The position numbers were made by a program, and so were the translations under genes. Of a DNA stretch of 64,000 bases, positions 47,326 to 55,225 are shown piece by piece. The notes beneath the pieces are model-generated. The model made no database searches and was not told the DNA's origin. It worked only from the letters and a program-made list of their open reading frames with translations. Source of the DNA: an uncultured Nitrospiraceae bacterium (lineage in GTDB: Bacteria > Nitrospirota > Thermodesulfovibrionia > Thermodesulfovibrionales > Dissulfurispiraceae); contig CAMTVO010000001.1 of the NCBI GenBank assembly GCA_947085205.1, positions 1-64,000 on the forward strand, in the 5' to 3' direction. Position 1 is the stretch's first letter. Each line of letters starts with the position of its first letter.

Positions 47326-47745
47326 ATGCAGCGCTTATTTTGGAGGGCAGGGATGAAGAGATTGTCTTTTATTATTGCTTTTGTTCTTCTGGTTAGCATT
47401 GCCAATTTCTCTTTTGCAAAAGAAGTCTCATTCACTCAGGACGACAGGGACAGACTCATAAGGCTTGAGACGAAACTTGAGGCTTTTGAAAAAAGTGTTG
47501 ACAAGCGTCTTGAATTCATGCAGAACCTTATGATAGGCATGCTTGCAGTGTTTGGCGGTCTTTGCGGTGTGTTTGTGGGACTTCTTCTCTGGGACAGAAA
47601 GACATTCAAAGAAAAGGCAAAGGAAGAGGCGATGAGGGAGCTTGAGAAGAAGTGGAGAATAGGGGACTGGATAGAGGCTTTTAAGGAATATGCAAAGTCC
47701 AATAAAGAATTGGCAGAGATATTGAAAAAGTGCCATTTGTTGTAG
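47326..47745 (+). CDS. Hypothetical membrane coiled-coil protein
   Basis: Signal-like N-terminus, coiled coil, TM, WDRKT; start may be 47353. Confidence 0.65.
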   Translation: MQRLFWRAGMKRLSFIIAFVLLVSIANFSFAKEVSFTQDDRDRLIRLETKLEAFEKSVDKRLEFMQNLMIGMLAVFGGLCGVFVGLLLWDRKTFKEKAKEEAMRELEKKWRIGDWIEAFKEYAKSNKELAEILKKCHLL

Positions 47746-49589
47746 AGGAAGTAGGGACAGGAGAAAATCAGGGTCAGTTAAACCCTAAGCGTTTTTTATT
47801 GCCCATCCTATCAATAACCTTTCTTTTTATCATGCACATTTTTCTTCCGAATGTCGGAGGGGCGATTGCACACCAAAGGGAATACATAATATGGATTGCG
47901 ATAGGCACAATAGTATTCCTTGGAATATTGAATGTCGTTATGAAAAGGCAATTGGCGGAATCTCCCCTCAGGATGTACTTCCTCTTGTTTGTTGTATTGC
48001 TTTTTTTAAGCAGCATATTCAATCCCATCAAAAACATGGATCTTTTCATTACAAACTCTGCCCGGCTTGTTGCCGGAATCCTCCTATGGCTTGCCCTCCT
48101 TCAATTCGATTTAACCCGCAGAGAAAAAATCTCCATTCTGTTCCTGATATTCATTTCTGCGGTTATAGAATCGGTTATAGGCATTATGCAGTTCTTCGGA
48201 CTTTATCAATATATTCCCATCACTCCTGCGCCTGATGTTGGAATGGTCGGCGGGGTGTTTCAGCAGAAGAACCTCTTTGCTTCGTGGATAGCAACAGGAT
48301 TGATTATCAGCCTTTACCTTATAACTACCGATAGGTTTGAATCTTACAAAAGAAAAAAGAGAATGCTCTTTCTTGCAAGTATAGGCATCCTGTCTTTAAG
48401 TCTTATTATCGCCGGCTCAAGGACAGGGCTTTTGGGCGCTGCGCTCGCAATGGCAGTAATCCTGACAATGATGTGGAAACAATACTCTGCAGCAAAGAGG
48501 CATTTGATTGTCTGGCTTCTGGTCTTTTTTATCGGCACGGCAGGGGGCTTTTATTTATTGAGTATAAAAGATAAGCTGGGCATAAAAAAACTCGCGACAA
48601 GACAAATAGCGTGGTTTTCGGATACCCAGCAGGCATCTTATACACACCGCATTTTAATGGCAAAGACATCTTTAGAGATGTTCGGAGAAAAGCCGTTATT
48701 CGGTCAGGGATTTTCTAATTTCGGCAGTTTTTACATGTATTATCAGGGAAAGATTGCAAAATCTGAGCCAAAATACAAAGAAGTAATTGGTGATTACACT
48801 TCACACCCCCATAACGAACTCTTTTTGATAATCTCAGAAAGCGGCATCGCCGGAGCGGCGGCTATTTTAATCGTAATATATGGATTTTTAAAGGTGGTTA
48901 TGAGACTCGGCAATGAGCGTGCCGGCTTATACATAGCGCTTCTAATGCCTCTCGTTGTCCACATGCTCGTGGAATATCCTTTGCAGCTTTCAACCGCGCA
49001 TTATCTTTTATTTGTGATACTAATTTATATGGCATCATCACATTCTATAAATGCAGCGCAATTGAAACTGTCTCCATTCATGGCTAAATCGGCTGTTATA
49101 ATATTCTCCGGCATTTACATGGTTTTCCTGGCATATGCGCTTATGACCTTTAATGCATATAACGGTCTTGTAAGATGGTATATAGATTATACGGAAACAG
49201 GCAGGGCCAAGGACAAAGATATACTGCCTTCGACTAAAAATCTGTATCTCAGAAACTGGGCAATACCAATGTATATGTTTACAAGGTCTGAAGAAGCTGT
49301 AAAGGATGTGGAGAAAAATAAAGATTTTCTGAATGATTTTCTGAAATGGAGCAATCACGAGAAAAAGCGTCTGCCCGTATTCCCGGTTTTTTACTATGAC
49401 GCAAATGTCCTGCTTGCTATGGGAATTCACTATAAGCAGCACGCATATTTTGACGAGGCCATGAAGACCGTTGAACAAGGGCTTTTGCTGTATCCGAACA
49501 ATGAAGACCTGAAGAAGCTGAAACCAAGAATAGTCTCTGAGGCGTTTAAGGCGATTTTTCAGGGAGGACAACAGAAGACCAAATCCTGA
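47730..49589 (+). CDS. PglL/Wzy_C-family O-oligosaccharyltransferase (pilin glycosylation candidate)
   Basis: Many TMs, GGVFQQKNLFASW, SRTG, KPLFGQG, HPHNE, VEYPL; start uncertain. Confidence 0.8.
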   Translation: MPFVVEEVGTGENQGQLNPKRFLLPILSITFLFIMHIFLPNVGGAIAHQREYIIWIAIGTIVFLGILNVVMKRQLAESPLRMYFLLFVVLLFLSSIFNPIKNMDLFITNSARLVAGILLWLALLQFDLTRREKISILFLIFISAVIESVIGIMQFFGLYQYIPITPAPDVGMVGGVFQQKNLFASWIATGLIISLYLITTDRFESYKRKKRMLFLASIGILSLSLIIAGSRTGLLGAALAMAVILTMMWKQYSAAKRHLIVWLLVFFIGTAGGFYLLSIKDKLGIKKLATRQIAWFSDTQQASYTHRILMAKTSLEMFGEKPLFGQGFSNFGSFYMYYQGKIAKSEPKYKEVIGDYTSHPHNELFLIISESGIAGAAAILIVIYGFLKVVMRLGNERAGLYIALLMPLVVHMLVEYPLQLSTAHYLLFVILIYMASSHSINAAQLKLSPFMAKSAVIIFSGIYMVFLAYALMTFNAYNGLVRWYIDYTETGRAKDKDILPSTKNLYLRNWAIPMYMFTRSEEAVKDVEKNKDFLNDFLKWSNHEKKRLPVFPVFYYDANVLLAMGIHYKQHAYFDEAMKTVEQGLLLYPNNEDLKKLKPRIVSEAFKAIFQGGQQKTKS

Positions 49590-49766
49590 TTAACCGAAAA
49601 ATAGAGATAGAAAGTTGTCATTCCTCTCAACCCCCTCCCCTTGCGGGAGGGGGCGAGGGGGAGGGGTAACCTTCTGTTCACACATAACGCATAACGCATT
49701 ACGGGAAAAGGCTTTACGTGTTTTAATGCTTATTTTATAGTATAATAACCAAAAGACAGGCGAGGG

Positions 49767-50000
49767 GTGAGAATAATGGAAGCATTGGAGATTAAATCGA
49801 CAAAAGACAGAATGATAATATCTATTGATAAGTCCTCTATTGACAGCGACTATATCATAGAACTCATGGAACGGTTGAAAGTTGAAACCCTTGCTAAAAA
49901 GGTCGATTTCAATAAGGGGATATTGAAGCTCGCCGATGAAATAAAAAAGAAGTGGTGGAAAGAAAATAAAGATGAGTTTTTAGAGGTTGCAGCAGGGTGA
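49767..50000 (+). CDS. Putative antitoxin for the PIN toxin
   Basis: Small ORF translationally coupled to the PIN gene; TATAAT upstream at 49741. Confidence 0.6.
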   Translation: MRIMEALEIKSTKDRMIISIDKSSIDSDYIIELMERLKVETLAKKVDFNKGILKLADEIKKKWWKENKDEFLEVAAG

Positions 50001-50398
50001 AAGTTGTTGTTGGTGCGGGTGTAGTTTTTTCATCGCTTTTATCCGAGTCAGCAGGACAGAGGAAAATACTTTTTAATAAAGAATATAAATTCTACTCGCC
50101 TAATTTTGTATTTCTTGAAATATTCAAGCATAAAGAAAAAATCTTAAAACATACAAAGACATCTGAAGCGGAAGTGTACGAATATCTTATTTTTGTTTTG
50201 CAAAGGATACACTTTATAAATGAAGAAATCATTTCTGTTGAGAACCGCAGGGTCGCCTATGAACTGTGTAAAGACATAGATAAAAATGATACGCCTTTTG
50301 TCGCGTTAGCTTTAGAACTGGGCGCATGGTTATGGAGCAGCGATAAAAAGTTGATAAAAGGTTTGCAGAAAAAAGGTTTTGACAGATTTTTTAAATAG
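49997..50398 (+). CDS. PIN-domain protein (VapC-like); first catalytic Asp replaced by Gly
   Basis: DIDKNDTPFVALAL, LWSSDKKL; N-terminus VVVGAG instead of VVD(A/T)N. Confidence 0.8.
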   Translation: MKVVVGAGVVFSSLLSESAGQRKILFNKEYKFYSPNFVFLEIFKHKEKILKHTKTSEAEVYEYLIFVLQRIHFINEEIISVENRRVAYELCKDIDKNDTPFVALALELGAWLWSSDKKLIKGLQKKGFDRFFK

Positions 50399-50442
50399 GC
50401 AAATTTCCAAGCGGCATAAATGGATTGTAATGAAAGGTGAGT

Positions 50443-50556
50443 TTGAAGGCAATTCAAAATGAAAGAAAAAATCAAAAAACCGCTCACAGCTCACGGCTCA
50501 CGGATTCAAAGGGCTTTACTCTCATCGAACTGGCGATGGTGCTGGGGATAGATTAA
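50443..50556 (+). pseudogene. Truncated prepilin N-terminus (37 aa)
   Basis: TTG start after GAAAGGTGA: MKAIQNERKNQKTAHSSRLTDSKGFTLIELAMVLGID*. Confidence 0.75.
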
Positions 50557-50587
50557 CAGTTTTAAACTATAAACGGAGGTGATAGAT

Positions 50588-50836
50588 ATGTTGACAGAAT
50601 ACATACAGAAGGCAATGGAGAATGCCCATTATGAAATCATAGAGGATGAAGGAACATTCTGGGGCGAGATACCGGGCTTTCAGGGAGTATGGGCTAAAGC
50701 AGAAAGTCTTGAACAATGCAGAGAATCTTTGCGCGAGGCATTAGAAGAATGGATTGTTTTCAGGCTGAAAAATAATCTTGATTTGCCTGTCATAGAGGAG
50801 ATAGACTTTAATGTGGTGGAAAAAGTAGCCCGATGA
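50588..50836 (+). CDS. hicB: HicB-family antitoxin (short form)
   Basis: MLTEYIQKAM, WGEIPGFQGVWA, LREALEEW. Confidence 0.85.
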   Translation: MLTEYIQKAMENAHYEIIEDEGTFWGEIPGFQGVWAKAESLEQCRESLREALEEWIVFRLKNNLDLPVIEEIDFNVVEKVAR

Positions 50837-51048
50837 AACTGTCGCCGGTAAGCTGGAGGGACTTTGTATCAAGGATGAGAGAGCTTGGATTTGAAGGCCC
50901 GTTTTTTGGAGGAAAACATCCGAAGATGAGAAAAGGTGACTTAACAATTATAATTCCCAACAAGCATGAGTCTGAAATTAGTATAGGGTTTTTGAAAAGA
51001 CTTTTAAAACAAGCAGGCATTACGGAAGAAGAATGGCTTTCAAAATGA
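50833..51048 (+). CDS. hicA: HicA-family toxin
   Basis: LGFEGP.GGKH, IPNKH, LKRLLKQAGI. Confidence 0.88.
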   Translation: MKLSPVSWRDFVSRMRELGFEGPFFGGKHPKMRKGDLTIIIPNKHESEISIGFLKRLLKQAGITEEEWLSK

Positions 51049-53066
51049 CGCAAAAAATCAAATTAGTTGATAGGCTCATGGCTCATGGCAGAAACCACAA
51101 TAAACAATCAGCTATGAACTATGAGCTATCAGCTATGAGCCAGAGAGGCTTTACCCTTATTGAACTGGCAATGGTGCTGGTGGTGATAGGGCTGCTCATT
51201 GGACTTGGTGCAAGCCTTATAGGCCCTTTGACTAAAAGGGCAAAGCTGATTGAGACGAGAGAGACGGTCAAAGCTGTATATGAATCAATATTAGGATATG
51301 CTGCTGCCAATAAAAGATTGCCTGCTGACTTATCTGTTCTCGGCATAAAGACAATAGACGCCTATACACGCCCTTTGCAATATTTCAGGGCTGACGCACT
51401 TGTGACAAATAACCTCTGCACTTCTGCAGCTACATACTTTACTGTTAATGACAGCAGCAGTGGGACTCTTCAGACAAAGAGCAATGTCGCGTTCATAGTC
51501 TTTGCCGAAGGAGATAACAGAACTAACAACACAGGATCAACCTCTCCATTTACTATAAAAGAACAAGGAGTGGACGACTATGATGATATTGTAATGTATG
51601 TGGATATCGATAAGCTCAGAAGTCAGATATGCACCTCTTTCCGTATAACTACGGAGACACTGCCAATAGGGACAGAGGAGATACCGTATCCTCTCTCAAC
51701 GACATTAGAGGCTACTGATGGCACACCCTCGTACACGTGGGGTATACAATCGGGTTTATTACCACCTGGGTTAAGTTTGTCATCTGCTGGTATTATTTCA
51801 GGCACACCAACAGCAGATGGAAGCTATAATTTTACGGTTCGTGTGTGTGATAACGATGATACTAATCCACCAAACGATTGTCCTCCCACTACTAATAAAG
51901 ATAGATTGGCAACAAAGAGCCTGACCATAACAATAAACCCCAACAAGCCACGGATAACCACAGAGTTTTTGAATTATGGGACGGTAAACCAAAGCTATGC
52001 GGCTACACTAAGTGCAACAGGTGGTCTGTCGCCTTATTCGTGGAATATTCCTTCAGGTCTTCCACCAGGCCTTACATTGAGAGATACGGGAACATGCGGT
52101 TCGTTTACCTGTACGGCTTCAACACCATGCATCTGTGGGACTCCAACAACAGCAGGTACTTTTACTTTCACTCCGACCGTTACAGATAACCGTTCAAGAA
52201 CAGCATCAAAAACCTTATCTATTGCTATAAATGCCGCTGCCGCTGCGGGTTCACCAACATGCAGTCTTTCGGCAAATCCAAGTTCTATGCCAACAGCAGG
52301 GACGAGTGTCCTAACATGGTCTATCAATAACGGGCCTGCGACAGGAACATGGAGTTCTCCTCCAGGCGGAACGTGTCCATCGCCGGTTCCAAGCGGAAGC
52401 GGTGGAAGCTGCACAACCGGAACAATCTCAACAACTACGACATTCACTCTTACCGTTACAAATGCGCAAGGCAGCAGTAGCTGCTCTGCGACTGTTTTTG
52501 TCGGCACACCTCCCGGTCCGGCTCCATCCTGCACATTGGAGGCGAGTCCGAATCCAGTTACAATTGGAAATCCTACAACACTTATATGGACAATAAACAA
52601 TGGACCTGCAAATGGAACATTTTCACCATCAAGCGGGACATGCACAGGCTTTTCAAATTCTTATGGAGGCAACTGTACAACAGGAAACATAAACGCTGAC
52701 ACTACTTTTCAGCTTTCAGTAACTAATTCCAATGGCACTGGTCTGTGTGCAACAAGGGTATATACAACTTCGCAGGATTTTTGTACAGCATTAACTGTCA
52801 GAAATGACCCCACCGGAAGCACTATCTATGTAAAAGGCGGACAGTATGGCACAACCTGCACGCGTGTGAGAACTAACAGGACATTCAGGATAAATTACTC
52901 GGATACAAGCCCTGTTACTTTATGGCAGAACAGCACTTGCACATCAAATCCGCAGGACATTAAGAGTATTACATATAACGATGCGGTGAGCGCTGATGGT
53001 AATAAAAACTGTGCAGTGGCGATAAATGATACGGATACAAATGATTGGGAACTTGTTGATGAATAA
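51045..53066 (+). CDS. Large pilin-like adhesin: N-methyl pilin domain, Ig-like (He_PIG-type) and Cys-rich repeats
   Basis: G/FTLIELAMVL; LPPGLSLSSAGIISGTPT and LPPGL..GTPTTAGTFTF; two CxLxAxP..LxWxINNGPA repeats. Confidence 0.85.
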   Translation: MTQKIKLVDRLMAHGRNHNKQSAMNYELSAMSQRGFTLIELAMVLVVIGLLIGLGASLIGPLTKRAKLIETRETVKAVYESILGYAAANKRLPADLSVLGIKTIDAYTRPLQYFRADALVTNNLCTSAATYFTVNDSSSGTLQTKSNVAFIVFAEGDNRTNNTGSTSPFTIKEQGVDDYDDIVMYVDIDKLRSQICTSFRITTETLPIGTEEIPYPLSTTLEATDGTPSYTWGIQSGLLPPGLSLSSAGIISGTPTADGSYNFTVRVCDNDDTNPPNDCPPTTNKDRLATKSLTITINPNKPRITTEFLNYGTVNQSYAATLSATGGLSPYSWNIPSGLPPGLTLRDTGTCGSFTCTASTPCICGTPTTAGTFTFTPTVTDNRSRTASKTLSIAINAAAAAGSPTCSLSANPSSMPTAGTSVLTWSINNGPATGTWSSPPGGTCPSPVPSGSGGSCTTGTISTTTTFTLTVTNAQGSSSCSATVFVGTPPGPAPSCTLEASPNPVTIGNPTTLIWTINNGPANGTFSPSSGTCTGFSNSYGGNCTTGNINADTTFQLSVTNSNGTGLCATRVYTTSQDFCTALTVRNDPTGSTIYVKGGQYGTTCTRVRTNRTFRINYSDTSPVTLWQNSTCTSNPQDIKSITYNDAVSADGNKNCAVAINDTDTNDWELVDE

Positions 53067-53092
53067 AAAATTATCTAGATTAACAAAAAAAT

Positions 53093-53227
53093 GGGACGGC
53101 AGGCTGTCCCAAAATACCAAATTGCCGTTGAGTCACATCAATATATTGTAGTTACTCAATTTATTGAGCCTATATATTGTGCCTGATAAATCAGACGACC
53201 ACATTTTGGGACAGCCTGACGGTTCCC
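53093..53227. mobile_element. MITE-like element with GGGAC..CAGGCTGTCCCAAAAT inverted ends
   Basis: CAGGCTGTCCCAAAAT / ATTTTGGGACAGCCTG perfect 16-bp inverted repeat; no ORF. Confidence 0.6.
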
Positions 53228-53277
53228 TTTATATAAATATCTCTTTTTTACCCGAAAAATGCAATTGAACGCTAATC

Positions 53278-53433
53278 ATGAGCAGGCATGGGTGGATAAA
53301 AGGCTTTACCATCGCCACCTTTGTAAGACATTTATAAAACTATCAATAGGCTAAAAATATCCCCGCGTATGTGACAATTCAGATAAACCAAATTGCGATT
53401 TGTAAAGACTTTTAGACAACTATACCTGCTCAT
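53278..53433. mobile_element. MITE-like element, family ATGA..CAGG, copy 1
   Basis: ATGAGCAGG..CCTGCTCAT termini; similar to 55048-55205 including TTGTAAGACATTTATA. Confidence 0.7.
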
Positions 53434-53497
53434 AAATGCATTTTTTGGATTTAGGGCATCTTAAATTACCAGTAGAGAATTCTGGTATAATTAATTC

Positions 53498-53897
53498 ATG
53501 AGGAAAATTACTTTGAAATGGTTAAAGCAAGCAGAAGCAGATCTTAAGGCTGCAAAGGACAGCCTTGATGACGGGAATTATGAATGGAGCTGCTTCCAAT
53601 CACAACAAAGCGGCGAAAAGGCATTGAAGGCATACCTTTATGAAAAAAGGATACACATCAATTATGACGCACATGTTAAAGGAACTTGTGAAGGAATGCT
53701 CAAAACTTGATGAGTCATTTAATGCGGTAATGAAAGATGCAAGGAATCTTGATATGTTTTACATTCCTACAAGGTATCCCAACGGACTTGGTGGGGACCT
53801 TGCTCCAACTGAGTTTTATGAAAAGGAGGATGCTGAAAAATGTATAAGCTCTGCCGAATTGATATTGAGCACAGTAAAGAGCTTATTGATAAAATAA
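53498..53897 (+). pseudogene. HEPN-domain protein split by a +1 frameshift in an A6 run
   Basis: WLKQAEADL..CFQSQQSGEKALKA then THMLKEL..YIPTRYPN in another frame; removing one A at 53643-53648 restores YEKGYTS. Confidence 0.8.
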
Positions 53898-54172
53898 GGA
53901 ATTTTGTCGGCGAGCTAAAAAGGACACTCCCTGTGAAAGATGTTTATCTATATGGTTCTTTTGCTAAAGGCGAGATTCATGAAGGTAGCGATATAGACCT
54001 GCTTATTATAGGTGACTTCAAAGAGAGATTTTTTGAGCGTATAGGAAAAATCCTCGACCTTACGGACCTCCCTATCGAACCAATCGTATATACTACTGAA
54101 GAATTTGAAGAACTTAAGAATTCCCAAACCCCATTTATTATAGAAGCGCTTAAAACAGCTATAAGGCTTTAG
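53840..54172 (+). CDS. Minimal nucleotidyltransferase (MNT)
   Basis: LYGSFAKG..GSDIDLLII. Confidence 0.9.
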   Translation: MYKLCRIDIEHSKELIDKIRNFVGELKRTLPVKDVYLYGSFAKGEIHEGSDIDLLIIGDFKERFFERIGKILDLTDLPIEPIVYTTEEFEELKNSQTPFIIEALKTAIRL

Positions 54173-54248
54173 CTCCCATAACTACCCTCTCCTTCCCAAA
54201 ACTCTATCTTTCTGATATACTTTTTTATAATCCTCAAGGAGGTGTGCC

Positions 54249-55031
54249 ATGCTTGTAATCGCTGAAAATCTTAACACAAGAAACAAGGCTTATATGGAGG
54301 CTGTTAAGAACCGGGACAAAAAGGCCATAGAATCACTGGCTAAGACACTTGCTGAAAGGGGTGCGGATTTAATTAATGTCCAGTGCTCCCTTGACGGCAT
54401 TGGCGATGAGGAAATACTTCCATTGGTGGCAGAGGCCGTACAGACGGTGGCAGACCTGCCCATATGTCTTGATTCAAGGAATGCAGAGGCGCTGAAAAAG
54501 GCGCTTACAGTATGCAAAGAGACTCCTTTGATAAATTACCTTTCGGCAGACGAAAAAAGTGCAGATGAAATACTCAGCCTTGTAAACAGATACAAAGCCA
54601 ATCTCATAATCAGGGCATTGAAAGGGACTGTGCCGACAAGTCTTGAGGCTAAGCTTCTTATTTTGGAGGATTTAATAGAAAAGGCGAATGCTGCTGATAT
54701 CCCGAATGAAAGACTTTTTACAGACCCTTCTGTTGTGCATATAGGCGGCGGTATGGGGCAGGAACATCTCCTGAATACCCATGAATGCATTATGGCGCTC
54801 AATGAGATGGTTGACCCTCCGATAAATACCATTGCATGGATTTCGAATGTATCAACAGGTCTGCAGAAGAAGTTAAAATCCCATGTGAATGCAGGATTTC
54901 TCTATTATCTTGCCGGAGCAGGACTTGATGCAGCAATGGTGGATGTGACAGATGAAGAGGTGATGAAAGCAGTATATTTGATCAGGGCATTCAGGGACGA
55001 AGTTGTATTTTCTCCGGCGGATATTTCGTAA
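54249..55031 (+). CDS. Pterin-binding protein, AcsE/methyltetrahydrofolate methyltransferase-like
   Basis: IAENLN, LPICLDS, LINY, DPSV, SNVS, GLDAAM. Confidence 0.75.
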   Translation: MLVIAENLNTRNKAYMEAVKNRDKKAIESLAKTLAERGADLINVQCSLDGIGDEEILPLVAEAVQTVADLPICLDSRNAEALKKALTVCKETPLINYLSADEKSADEILSLVNRYKANLIIRALKGTVPTSLEAKLLILEDLIEKANAADIPNERLFTDPSVVHIGGGMGQEHLLNTHECIMALNEMVDPPINTIAWISNVSTGLQKKLKSHVNAGFLYYLAGAGLDAAMVDVTDEEVMKAVYLIRAFRDEVVFSPADIS

Positions 55032-55047
55032 TACAAATAATACATTT

Positions 55048-55205
55048 ATGACAGGTATGCATACGGAAAAAAGCCTTGCAAATGCACAATTTGGTTTTAA
55101 TAAATATGCAGTTCTTTATCCACTAAAGAACGATTGCTTAAAAGCGTATAAATGTCTTACAACGGTGGTGCTTGTAAATCTTTTTACCGAACGCATACCT
55201 GTCAT
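55048..55205. mobile_element. MITE-like element, family ATGA..CAGG, copy 2 (reverse)
   Basis: ATGACAGGTATGC..GCATACCTGTCAT 13-bp perfect terminal inverted repeat. Confidence 0.72.
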
Positions 55206-55225
55206 TCTCAACTGGAGATTAGAAT

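Noticed and set aside
53296..53316. AAAGGCTTTACCATC (KGFTI) as another prepilin stub before HEPN-MNT
   Set aside because: It is part of the MITE terminal inverted repeat (pairs with GTAAAGACTTTT at 53402-53413). This also makes the 49677-49718 stub less certain.
45049..54172. Classical integron, shufflon or DGR
   Set aside because: No tyrosine or serine recombinase, attC-like repeats, reverse transcriptase or TR/VR pair is visible in the window.
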